This document shows positions 49,001 to 60,524 of a stretch of 64,000 nt of DNA, piece by piece. This stretch comes from Macrostomum hystrix (lineage: Eukaryota > Animalia > Platyhelminthes), in assembly GCA_950097015.1 (NCBI GenBank), contig CATNEN010000034.1, positions 2,542,001 to 2,606,000 of the forward strand. Reading direction: 5' to 3'. Numbering within the stretch: position 1 is the stretch's first letter; the number at the start of each line of letters is the position of its first letter. The notes beneath the pieces are model-generated. The model made no database searches and was not told the origin of the DNA. It worked only from the letters and a program-made list of their open reading frames with translations. The translations under genes were made by a program, and so were the position numbers.

Positions 49001-51820
49001 AGAATGCAACAGTGCACACTAGAATCAGGGAGCACTGGCTGAAACCGTCGGCTATTCAAAACCATCTCTTAGAATGCAACAGTGCACACTAGAATCAGGG
49101 AGCACTGGCTGAAACCGTTGGCTATTCAAAACCATCTCTTAGAATGCAACAGTGCACACTAGAATCAGGGAGCACTGGCTGAAACTGTCGGCTATTCAAA
49201 ACCATCTCTTAGAATGCAACAGTGCACACTAGAATCAGGGAGCACTGGCTGAAACTGTCGGCTATTCAAAACCATCTCTTAGAATGCAACAGTGCACACT
49301 AGAATCAGGGAGCACTGGCTGAAACCGTCGGCTATTCAAAACCATCTCTTAGAATGCAACAGTGCACACTAGAATCAGGGAGCACTGGCTGAAACCGTCG
49401 GCTATTCAAAACCATCTCTTAGAATGCAATAGTGCACACTAGAATCAGGGAGCACTGGCTGAAACCGTCGGCTATTCAAAACCATCTCTTAGAATGCAAT
49501 AGTGCACACTAGAATCAGGGAGCACTGGCTGAAACCGTCGGCTATTCAAAACCATCTCTTAGAATGCAACAGTGCACACTAGAATCAGGGAGCACTGGCT
49601 GAAACCGTCGGCTATTCAAAACCATCTCTTAGAATGCAACAGTGCACACTAGAATCAGGGAGCACTGGCTGAAACCGTCGGCTATTCAAAACCATCTCTT
49701 AGAATGCAACAGTGCACACTAGAATCAGGGAGCACTGGCTGAAACCGTCGGCTATTCAAAACCATCTCTTAGAATGCAACAGTGCACACTAGAATCAGGG
49801 AGCACTGGCTGAAACCGTCGGCTATTCAAAACCATCTCTTAGAATGCAACAGTGCACACTAGAATCAGGGAGCACTGGCTGAAACCGTCGGCTATTCAAA
49901 ACCATCTCTTAGAATGCAACAGTGCACACTAGAATCAGGGAGCACTGGCTGAAACTGTTGGCTATTCAAAACCATCTCTTAGAATGCAACAGTGCACACT
50001 AGAATCAGGGAGCACTGGCTGAAACCGTCGGCTATTCAAAACCATCTCTTAGAATGCAACAGTGCACACTAGAATCAGGGAGCACTGGCTGAAACCGTCG
50101 GCTATTCAAAACCATCTCTTAGAATGCAACAGTGCACACTAGAATCAGGGAGCACTGGCTGAAACCGTCGGCTATTCAAAACCATCTCTTAGAATGCAAC
50201 AGTGCACACTAGAATCAGGGAGCACTGGCTGAAACCGTCGGCTATTCAAAACCATCTCTTAGAATGCAACAGTGCACACTAGAATCAGGGAGCACTGGCT
50301 AAAACCGTCGGCTATTCAAAACCATCTCTTAGAATGCAACAGTGCACACTAGAATCAGGGAGCACTGGCTGAAACCGTCGGCTATTCAAAACCATCTCTT
50401 AGAATGCAACAGTGCACACTAGAATCAGGGAGCACTGGCTGAAACCGTCGGCTATTCAAAACCATCTCTTAGAATGCAACAGTGCACACTAGAATCAGGG
50501 AGCACTGGCTGAAACCGTCGGCTATTCAAAACCATCTCTTAGAATGCAACAGTGCACACTAGAATCAGGGAGCACTGGCTGAAACCGTCGGCTATTCAAA
50601 ACCATCTCTTAGAATGCAACAGTGCACACTAGAATCAGGGAGCACTGGCTAAAACCGTCGGCTATTCAAAACCATCTCTTAGAATGCAACAGTGCACACT
50701 AGAATCAGGGAGCACTGGCTGAAACCGTCGGCTATTCAAAACCATCTCTTAGAATGCAACAGTGCACACTAGAATCAGGGAGCACTGGCTAAAACCGTCG
50801 GCTATTCAAAACCATCTCTTAGAATGCAACAGTGCACACTAGAATCAGGGAGCACTGGCTGAAACCGTCGGCTATTCAAAACCATCTCTTAGAATGCAAC
50901 AGTGCACACTAGAATCAGGGAGCACTGGCTGAAAACCGTCGGCTATTCAAAACCATCTCTTAGAATGCAACAGTGCACACTAGAATCAGGGAGCACTGGC
51001 TAAAACCGTCGGCTATTCAAAACCATCTCTTAGAATGCAACAGTGCACACTAGAATCAGGGAGCACTGGCTGAAACCGTCGGCTATTCAAAACCATCTCT
51101 TAGAATGCAACAGTGCACACTAGAATCAGGGAGCACTGGCTGAAACCGTCGGCTATTCAAAACCATCTCTTAGAATGCAACAGTGCACACTAGAATCAGG
51201 GAGCACTGGCTGAAACCGTCGGCTATTCAAAACCATCTCTTAGAATGCAACAGTGCACACTAGAATCAGGGAGCACTGGCTGAAACCGTCGGCTATTCAA
51301 AACCATCTCTTAGAATGCAACAGTGCACACTAGAATCAGGGAGCACTGGCTGAAACTGTTGGCTATTCAAAACCATCTCTTAGAATGCAACAGTGCACAC
51401 TAGAATCAGGGAGCACTGGCTGAAACCGTCGGCTATTCAAAACCATCTCTTAGAATGCAACAGTGCACACTAGAATCAGGGAGCACTGGCTGAAACCGTC
51501 GGCTATTCAAAACCATCTCTTAGAATGCAACAGTGCACACTATAATCAGGGAGCACTGGCTGAAACCGTCGGCTATTCAAAACCATCTCTTAGAATGCAA
51601 CAGTGCACACTATAATCAGGGAGCACTGGCTGAAACCGTCGGCTATTCAAAACCATCTCTTAGAATGCAACAGTGCACACTAGAATCAGGGAGCACTGGC
51701 TGAAACCGTCGGCTATTCAAAACCATCTCTTAGAATGCAACAGTGCACACTATAATCAGGGAGCACTGGCTGAAACCGTCGGCTATTCAAAACCATCTCT
51801 TAGAATGCAACAGTGCACAC
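46067..51820 (+). repeat. 70-bp tandem array, 82 copies, derived from the GIY-YIG coding sequence
   Basis: Unit CACACTAGAATCAGGGAGCACTGGCTGAAACCGTCGGCTATTCAAAACCATCTCTTAGAATGCAACAGTG; period 70 (46071, 46141, 46211...). The span equals 82x70 plus a 6-nt insertion (~47836) and a 1-nt insertion (~50933). Bounded by TGCACAC at 46067 and 51814. Confidence 0.97.
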
Positions 51821-52000
51821 GGAGGGGCGGGCTGTACATTCTGTACTGTTGGCTGCAACGCTAACAATCCGTCCTTGGACTTTGCCTCTCTACTTAGGGA
51901 CTATCAAATATGTACTGAAAAAATTAAAATATTGATTACATTTACACCCAAAAAATCTCATATTTATTTACTTCTCTACTCGCTATATTAGTTTAAAATA

Positions 52001-52040
52001 AACCTAAAGATGCACACTGTTGTGCGAAACGCGTCGTTAA
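52001..52040 (+). ncRNA. Minimal type-I hammerhead ribozyme motif of the Penelope-like element, core mutated (CTAAAGA instead of CTGANGA)
   Basis: AAC-CTAAAGA-T-GCACA(CTGT)TGTGC-GAAA-CGCG-TC-GTT: 5-bp stem II, GAAAC, palindromic stem III, GUC cleavage triplet and short stem I AAC/GTT. Confidence 0.7.
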
Positions 52041-53044
52041 ATGTTGATTCTCGCCTTTCTATTTATCTTACTTGCCAAGCGAGCAACTGTACCTGAATTA
52101 TTGTTTACATTTTTTACCTATAATAATAATAATATACTAATAAGTTATTAGTATAGTTATTAGGCCATTTTCTCTTGCCTTTTTTACATTTAATTAGCTC
52201 ATAATTATCTAAGAATAACGTTTTTAATGCGTTCACATCAAAAGTGCCTTTTTTTAGAAACCAGACTATTTTTAGGTTTCGAGTCACTGTTTTTTAACTA
52301 ATGGCTATCTGCTGCAATCATGTGGTTTTATTTCTATAAATGTCCCTCTTCCCCCCTCTCTCTCTCGACTCGCCCTGTCCTTTGACCGGTTGAGATTTGA
52401 GAACACTATACTCATCCACCTTTTAAACAGCGACTGTTCTCAAACCAGGCAAAGTGTTGGCTTCACCGCCTCCTGATCTGCCCAATAAAACAAAGCAAAT
52501 TATTAGTTAAGTGCACCGAGCTGGGTGCACTCCAGTGCTGCTCTGCCGTCTCCATTGGTCCCTCTTCTCTCAATCAATTTTACTACTCTTAACTCCTTAT
52601 CCTTCCAAGTCCATTCCAAGCCACACTTTGACTGTTGGCCTCCCCTGGCACTTTGCGCTTTAGTGCTTGCCCTGACTCACTCAAATATGCCCTCTGAGTC
52701 CAACTTTGCAGTTCTCTCTCTCTCTCACTGCCTGTCAGAAACAACTTGTGCACTTTGATCTAGGAATGGGGCAGGTGTAGTGACTTTGGTCAAGTCTCTG
52801 TCAATATATTTCAGAAGATATCTATATATTAGATTAGACAGTCTCCTTAATTTGCTATTTCGTCTTCTTAATTTTGTGGTGAATAGTATAATTTAGTTTT
52901 TTAGACATTTCTGGTAAGTTATTGTTTGAAGGCAACTTGATTGTGCCACATTTCTCCAGATACTAATGTGTTAAATTAGATACGAATTGATATCGTCATA
53001 GCCTCAGAATACCGGAGCCCCAAATCCTCATGATGCCTGGTCAT

Positions 53045-53412
53045 CCAGATTCTCAGTTTGAGTCGCCACCTTTCCCCGATCCTCAGTTTGAGTCGCCACC
53101 TTTCTCAGATCCTCAGTTTGAGTCGCCGTCTTTCACAGATCCTCAGTTTGAGTCGCCACCTTTCTCCGATCCTCAGTTTGAGTCGCCACCTTTCTCCGAT
53201 CCTCAGTTTGAGTCGCCATCTTTCACAGATCCTCAGTTTGAGTCGCCACCTTTCTCCGATCCTCAGTTTGAGTCGCCATCTTTCACAGATCCTCAGTTTG
53301 AGTCGCCACCTTTCACAGATCCTCAGTTTGAGTCGCCACCTTTCACAGATCCTCAGTTTGAGTCGCCACCTTTCACAGATCCTCAGTTTGAGTCGCCATC
53401 TTTCACAGATGT
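53045..53412. repeat. 30-bp minisatellite (GATCCTCAGTTTGAGTCGCCACCTTTCACA) just upstream of the AdipoR first coding exon
   Basis: About 12 copies ending about 60 nt before the acceptor TTGCCAG (53474). Confidence 0.95.
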
Positions 53413-53484
53413 GCAATTTGGGTCATAAGTTAAAAAGGCCCTGTCCCATTGCAGCAATCCTCACCTGTTGCCAGCTGCACGCCA

Positions 53485-56400
53485 ATGGAGCCGGCTCAGG
53501 TACTAATCTCCGGCTTGGCCTCGCGCGACTCCGACGACCCGTTACAGTCGAATTCGACTTCAGCCGTCGCCGCTGCCAGCCAGCCGCTGCTAGGCAGCCG
53601 GTTGTCATCGGCGCGTCTTAGCCCGCAGAATCGAAGCAACCGTTCCAGATCGGACGGCACAGCCTTCATCCAGACGGAGGATGCCTGCGATTTTAGCGCC
53701 TGCGTCGCCACTACGGCTGCGTCGGCGGCTGCGCTGGCTTCAGCGCCTGTGGCTGCGGCCGCCGCCGCTGCTGCTGGGGGCGAGTCGCTGGACAATGCCA
53801 ATATCATTGGCGAGGCCTCTAGCGGCGTCACTAAGAGGCGCGGGCAGCATCGCAAGGTTAGAATGTTAATAACAATATCAATAATACTTGCAGGAGCGCT
53901 GCGGGCACATGTACATTTGATGTCAGTGGACCCGCAGCCAGCCAGGAGGCAATTCTGCCCATTTCGCTGACTCCCGAGCACACACGCACACAGATACTGT
54001 ACGCAGGCACACGCTCTTCAGGCAGTACTCTTACACTGTGCCTTGGAGTTTGGCTCTCAAGGACTTCAATTCCATGGCAAGCCCCCAAGCCTTTTCTCCG
54101 CGGCTGCGCCCCAAATGAATGAGGCAAACGTATTAGACCGCTCTGCTGCTCACCCCTCGTGGTTAGAATGTTTGATTTAGTGTTTTGAATCCCCATTACA
54201 ATCTATGAAGCATTATCCAACTGTCATTGCTTTACTTGTGAAACACCTGCATCAAAAATCCGCGCAGAACTCCGACCCGCTGCCGCACAAGCCGTCTGAC
54301 TTGACGCTGCTTCAACAATTCGATGAATTGGCCACCCGCGCCAAGGACAGCGCCGAGCAGTTTATGCACCACGTTTGGACTCACGGCTGGCGCCTGACGC
54401 CCCACTGCCGCCTGCCCGACTGGCTGAAGGACAACGACTTTCTACTGCAAGGCCACCGGCCACAGCTCAACACTTTCACCGCCTGCTTCAAGAGCATCTT
54501 TCGCATTCACACCGAGACTGGAAACATTTGGACTCACATGCTGGGTGAGCACTCAGATCTGTTCATTTGCTCTATAATGAAGGTCGTGGGTTCGTATCTT
54601 TGCTATTCTGCAACGAAAAGTATCTATTAAACAAAGAAGCGTTAAAAAATTGGGGATCAAAGCCTCGAATATGCGGAATAAGAAAGTGAAACTCGGAGGC
54701 CAATGGTTCGAATCTGGAACTCGGAGGCCCATGGTTCGAACCTAGACTCGGAGGCCCTGGGTTCGAATCTGGAACTCGGAGGCCCAGTGTTTAAATATAT
54801 GAAACTCGGAGGCCCAGGGTTCAAATCTGGAACTCGGAGGCCCAAGGTTCGAATCTGGAACTCGGAGGCCCATGGTTCGAACCTAAACTCGGAGACCCAT
54901 GGTTCGAATCTGGAACTCAGAGGCCCATGGTTCGAACCTAAACTCGGAGACCCATGGTTCGAATCTGGAACTCAGAGGCCCATGGTTCGAATCTGGAACT
55001 CGGAGGCCCATGGTTTGAACCTAGACTCGGAGGTCCTGGGTTCGAATCTGGAACTCGGAGGCCTAGTGTTTGAATATGGAACTCAGAGGCCCATGGTTTG
55101 AATCTGGAACTCGGAGGCCCAGTGTTTAAATATATGAAACTCGGAGGCCCAGGGTTCAAATCTGGAACTCGGAGGCCCAAGGTTCGAATCTGGAACTCGG
55201 AGGCCCATGGTTCGAACCTAAACTCGGAGACCCATGGTTCGAATCTGGAACTCAGAGGCCCATGGTTCGAACCTAAACTCGGAGACCCATGGTTCGAATC
55301 TGGAACTCAGAGGCCCATGGTTCGAATCTGGAACTCGGAGGCCCATGGTTTGAACCTAGACTCGGAGGTCCTGGGTTCGAATCTGGAACTCGGAGGCCCA
55401 TGGTTTGAACCTAGACTCGGAGGTCCTGGGTTCGAATCTGGAACTCTAAGGCCTAGTGTTTGAATATGGAACTCAGAGGCCCATGGTTCGAATCTGGAAC
55501 TCGGAGGCCCAGTGTTTGAATATGGAACTCAGAGGCCCATGGTTCGAATCTGGAACTCGGAGGCCCATGGTTTGAACCTAGACTCGGAGGTCCTGTGTTC
55601 GAATCTGGAACTCTAAGGCCTAGTGTTTGAATATGGAACTCAGAGGCCCATGGTTCGAATCTGGAACTCGGAGGCCCAGTGTTTGAATATGGAACTCAGA
55701 GGCCCATGGTTCGAATCTGGAACTCGGAGACCCATGGTTCGAATCTAAAATTTCGTGGGGATTCGAACTCTAACAGTTAGTTTACACTAATTAAGAATAT
55801 GGAGTATATTAAAATTCAACGGTCGTGAGTTGAACTCGCAGAGGAAGATTTTATTAATCTTGTGGAACCCCAGTTGTATAGTATTTCTTTCAATAATATA
55901 ATCAAGTTTTCCCTATTTCTTATTGACCAGGCTGCATCGCCTTCACAGGCATAGCCGTCTACTTTCTAACTAGGCCCTCAATCGAAGTGCAATGGCAGGA
56001 GAAGCTTGTGTTCGCCGCATTCTTTCTCGGCGCTGTGCTCTGCATGGGCTTCTCATTCATCTTCCACACCGTCTACTGCCACTCCGAGCGAGTTGGCCGA
56101 CTATTTAATAAGTGAGTAAATCACATTCTGAAGGCATTCTACTATGAGTAGTCAGATGTTTAATTTTATTTGTTTCGCTTTCTAGGCTGGACTACTGCGG
56201 CATTGCCCTCCTAACTATGGGTAGCTTCGTGCCCTGGCTATACTACTCATTCTATTGCCAGCTTTCGCCTAAAATTATCTACCTGACACTGATCAGCATC
56301 CTGGGCACGGCTGCGATTGTGGTGTCCATGTTTGACGCATTCGCTGCACCGAAATACAGGCCGCTGAGAGCTGGTGAGAGCTGAGAGCTGATTTATTGAT

Positions 56401-57329
56401 TGATTAGATATCATCAGCTGATCTAGTGATTTATTGATTGATTAGATATCGACGGCTGATCTAGTGATTGATTGATTGATTAGATATCAACAGCTGATCT
56501 AGTGATGATTGATTGATTAGATATCGATAGCTGATCAAATTATTGATTGAGTAAATTTTGACAAGTGATCAAATTATTGTTAAATTAGATTCCTTCGTAT
56601 TTACCTTAAATAAGAGCAGGAAATTCCCCACCCTACTCCTTACAGGTGTGTTCATCGCCCTCGGTCTCTCTGGTGTGATTCCCGCCCTGCACTACGTGAT
56701 TCTGGAGGGCTTTCACAGCGCCATCTATCACGCCTCAATGGGCTGGCTAGTGCTCATGGCACTGCTGTACATCACAGGAGCTGTCATCTACGCTGTGCGC
56801 TTTCCGGAGCGCCTGTTTCCTGGGAAATTCGACCTCTGGGTGAGTGCTCGGCATACAAATTATTCTTCATTCGAAATGACAAAACCTTATTCATTCGAAA
56901 TGACAAATCCTTCTTTATTCGAAATGACAAATCCTTATTCATTCCAAATGACAAATTCTTCTTTATTCGAAATGACAAATCCTTATTAATTCGAAATGAC
57001 AAATCCTTATTTATTCGAAATGACAAATCCTTTTTTCATTTGAAATGACAACTCCTTTTTCATTCGAAATGACAAATCCTTTTTTTATTTTTTTAATTAG
57101 AGCTCTTGCCTTTTAAAATGGCAAATCCTCTATTTGACGCAATTTACACGCAATACTTTCTACTATCAGTAGGCTAGTGAGCGCACCCGTCCCCAATCTG
57201 GCATTGCAGTTCCAAAGCCACCAGATATTCCACGTGTTTGTGGTGGCCGCCGCATTCGTTCACTTTCACGGCATCTCGGAGATTGCCAATTATCGCCTCA
57301 CCGCTGGTGACTGCGTGGCTGTCTACTAG
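53485..57329 (+). CDS. AdipoR: Adiponectin receptor (PAQR family, AdipoR1/2-like), ~443 aa
   Basis: Exons 53485-53856, 54268-54544, 55931-56111, 56186-56373, 56646-56839, 57210-57329 total 1332 nt, in frame. Motifs LPDWLKDNDFLLQGHRP, CFKSIFRIHTETGNIWTH, FHTVYCHS, KLDYCGIALL, PERLFPGKFDLWFQSHQIFHVFVV, with the zinc-binding His residues intact. Confidence 0.96.
53920..54130 (-). mobile_element. SINE-like repeat, copy C (headless) in AdipoR intron 1
   Basis: The reverse complement matches copy B from TTCATTTGGGGCGCAGCC to GAGTCAGCGAAATGGGCAGAATTGCCTCC..GCGGGTC. Confidence 0.72.
54690..55748. repeat. 28-bp minisatellite (GGAACTCGGAGGCCCATGGTTCGAATCT) containing a Pol III B-box core, with a ~335-bp higher-order repeat, in AdipoR intron 2
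   Basis: About 38 units; the TTTAAATATATG variant recurs at 54790 and 55125. Confidence 0.93.
56390..56550. repeat. ~38-bp tandem repeat (GATTTATTGATTGATTAGATATCATCAGCTGATCTAGT) in AdipoR intron 4
   Basis: About 4 imperfect copies. Confidence 0.85.
56866..57085. repeat. 24-bp minisatellite (TCGAAATGACAAATCCTTCTTTAT) in AdipoR intron 5
   Basis: About 9 copies. Confidence 0.9.
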
Positions 57330-58121
57330 ACCGGCAGTTCCAGCTCCGGAACTGTCACTGTTGCACCTGCCTTCTCTCACACCCCTAACACTCCCTTGTA
57401 TTCTCAGCCGCACTGTCTCAAACCAGCTTGTTATCTGTCTGTTTCGCTACGCATATTATTTGTTATTTATTCTCCATCTGTCCTGTTTAGGTTTGAGTTT
57501 TTTAAAGGCCGACTCTTCACCGAGAGTAAAAGTTTTAGTGTCCGCCAGTGCAATGTGTTGAAGCGGGTGGATTGTTTCTAATTCGTTGCAACGCACAGTC
57601 AAATAATCATTATATATATAATTTTATTTCTGTTGACTATGTTTCTGATATACAGAAGAGTTTCGTTTGAAAACTTTGTCAAGATTTTTTAACGAACAAA
57701 TTTTTTGCTTCTATAGACAGGCAATTTATCGATTAGTTTATTGCTGTATTACTGTACGTATGACCTTGTGAATATAGCAGATGTGTTCGATCTTCTATTC
57801 TGTTTATATTTTGTTAATCCTCGATAAAATCACACTGGCTAGTGACTAACATCAATATTTTCTTTTATATAGTTATTGCTGCACATACGCACACTCGTTG
57901 CATTGCACTTAATTCATTTTTGTTTGTGAAAAACTCGAAACTAGAAGTCATTATATGGATAATTTTTAATTTGCCTGTTTATTTCTGTAAAGGTATTCCA
58001 ATTTGTAAAGTTTTTTTTGCCTAAAAATTAAGTTTGTTAAAAAGAACACTATTTAGGACAAAAATGTTTCTCTTTGTCTAGTTCTGAAAAAATTCCTGTT
58101 TCTATGAGTGAGAGTAGCAAT

Positions 58122-59262
58122 TGTAGTTTCTAGGAATGAGGGTAGCAATAGCAGTTTCTAGGAATGAGGGTAGCAATAGCAGTTTCTAGGAATGAGGGTA
58201 GCAATTGTAGTTTCTAGGAATGAGGGTAGCAATAGCAGTTTCTAGGAATGAGGGTAGCAATAGCAGTTTCTAGGAATGAGAGTATCAATAGCAGTTTCTA
58301 GGAATGAGGGTAGCAATAGCAGTTTCTAGGAATGAGGGTAGCAATAGCAGTTTCTAGGAATGAGGGTAGCAATAGCAGTTTCTAGGAATGAGGGTAGCAA
58401 TAGCAGTTTCTAGGAATGAGGGTAGCAATAGCAGTTTCTAGGAATGAGGGTAGCAATAGCAGTTTCTAGGAATGAGAGTAGCAATAGCAGTTTCTAGGAA
58501 TGAGAGTAGCAATAGCAGTTTCTAGGAATGAGGGTAGCAATAGCAGTTTCTAGGAATGAGGATATCTATTGCAGTTTCTAGGAATGAGAGTAGCAATAGC
58601 AGTTTCTAGGAATGAGGGTAGCAATACCAGTTTCTAGGAATGAGGGTATCTATTGCAGTTTCTAGGAATGATAGTAGCAATACCAGTTTCTAGGAATGAG
58701 GGTAGCAATACCAGTTTCTAGGAATGAGGGTATCTATTGCAGTTTCTAGGAATGAGAGTAGCAATAGCAGTTTCTAGGAATGAGGGTAGCAATAGCAGTT
58801 TCTAGGAATGAGGGTAGCAATAGCAGTTTCTAGGAATGAGGGTAGCAATAGCAGTTTCTAGGAATGAGGGTAGCAATAGCAGTTTCTAGGAATGAGGGTA
58901 GCAATAGCAGTTTCTAGGAATGAGGGTAGCAATAGCAGTTTCTAGGAATGAGGGTAGCAATAGCAGTTTCTAGGAATGAGAGTAGCAATAGCAGTTTCTA
59001 GGAATGAGGGTAGCAATAGCAGTTTCTAGGAATGAGGGTATCTATTGCAGTTTCTAGGAATGATAGTAGCAATAGCAGTTTCTAGGAATGAGGGTAGCAA
59101 TAGCAGTTTCTAGGAATGAGGGTATCTATTGCAGTTTCTAGGAATGAGAGTAGCAATAGCAGTTTCTAGGAATGAGGGTAGCAATACCAGTTTCTAGGAA
59201 TGAGGGTATCTATTGCAGTTTCTAGGAATGATAGTAGCAATACCAGTTTCTAGGAATGAGTT
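58122..59262. repeat. 28-bp minisatellite (GGAATGAGGGTAGCAATAGCAGTTTCTA)
   Basis: About 40 copies. Confidence 0.96.
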
Positions 59263-59927
59263 AGAATATTACTTTCTGGAAATTAAGTGAAAGAAGCAAT
59301 GACAAAACTGCAATTAGCTGTCTAGTATATGCAAAGTCAGTTTTTGTTACCTAATTGTTATTTAAATGTAGTCCCAGCCCTAGCCATTATAACAATATGT
59401 CATATTTTTCTCAAAATTTTCATTTCTTAAATGGTGTCAGACGTTTTTTATTAATGTTCTTTTGCACACAGAAATAGTTGAGAAAATAAACTAACGCATC
59501 TCTTCTTGGTCTGTACTAACATGCTTTTGTTAGCCAGCTGTAAGTTAACAAATATAAGCAAAGCCTCCTCTATCTAGACACACATGCTAAATAAGGCTTG
59601 TTTGTTTTGCTTGTTTGTGCTTTCAAATGGCATCATCAATATTATATTTTTATCACTTTCCAACCCTCATTCTCTCAGCATCGATCCAAACATGGCTGAA
59701 TTTCTGTCAAATCTGTGTCTCACAATCTTTTCAGTGTGCCAACGTCATCTGTCATTACCTAGAGTTTGCTGAAGTTGCACCTGCAATTACTAGCGAGCAT
59801 AAGGCGTGAGATTATTATAGCAGCAGATAATAACTGCAATTCCGTTCCATTTCAAATGAAACATTTTCGTTTCCGTCACACTTTTGCAATGCCACATTCT
59901 CATCTTACAATATTCTCATCTAAGCTT

Positions 59928-60240
59928 CTCTTCATCTCCCTCTCCTCTTCCATCTCTCTCTCCTCTTCCATCTCCCTCTCCCCTTCCATCTCCCTCTCCT
60001 CTTCCATCTCCCTCTCCTCTTCCATCTCCCTCTCCTCTTCCATCTCCCTCTCCTCTTCCATCTCTCTCCTCTTCCATCTTTCTCCCCTTCCATCTCCCTC
60101 TCCTCTTCCATCTCTCTCCTCTTCCATCTTTCTCCCCTTCCATCTCCCTCTCCTCTTCCATCTCTCTCCTCTTCCATCTCTCTCCCCTTCCATCTCTCTC
60201 CCCTTCCATCTCCCTGTCCACTTCCAACTCCCTTCCTCGT
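59928..60240. repeat. 18-bp pyrimidine-rich minisatellite (CTCCTCTTCCATCTCCCT)
   Basis: Visible periodicity. Confidence 0.9.
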
Positions 60241-60524
60241 CCATCTCGATTTAAGGTTATCCAACAGCCGGCCACACCCTCTCAAAGCGTCATATGTCTG
60301 TGAATATTTTTAGACATGAAAGCCCACCCCAAGCTCGATTGACTCGTCGGCTGCTGCAGCGACTTCACGTGGGCGGTGTCTAAAAGTGCGAGTTTACTGC
60401 GTCAGTAGGTGGTTGAGGTTTTTACTGAGGCGAGTAATTCCTTTGTCAGAGTTCACAGTTGTTTACGAGCATTTAACTCGTCTCGTGGCATTCGCTCTAA
60501 AGTACTCTAAATAAAGTACTACCT

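Larger units (their letters stand above)
45433..52112 (+). mobile_element. 5'-truncated, frameshifted Penelope-like retroelement (RT thumb/C-terminus plus GIY-YIG endonuclease) carrying an internal satellite, an inverted terminal segment and a putative 16-bp TSD
   Basis: Translation across frameshifts: FTTEVAFDQRLPFLDLDI..TLSTKVFWKS..CPRQWKSGLIRCLLHRAFTVCN..NGYPRAFI..RLKSRVPCALRAGVVYQFNC..SYLGKTKRHLHTRIREH. 37-bp inverted repeat 45443-45479 / 52008-52044; ATTATTGTTTACATTT at 45433-45448 and 52097-52112. Confidence 0.88.

Noticed and set aside
46067-51820. CRISPR-like array
   Set aside because: Units are contiguous with no unique spacers, they derive from retroelement coding sequence, there are no cas genes, and the DNA is eukaryotic.
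53030-53428. 132-aa (DPQFESPPFS)n ORF as an AdipoR N-terminal extension
   Set aside because: It is a pure 30-bp repeat ending in a stop before the acceptor at 53474; AdipoR most plausibly starts at ATG 53485.
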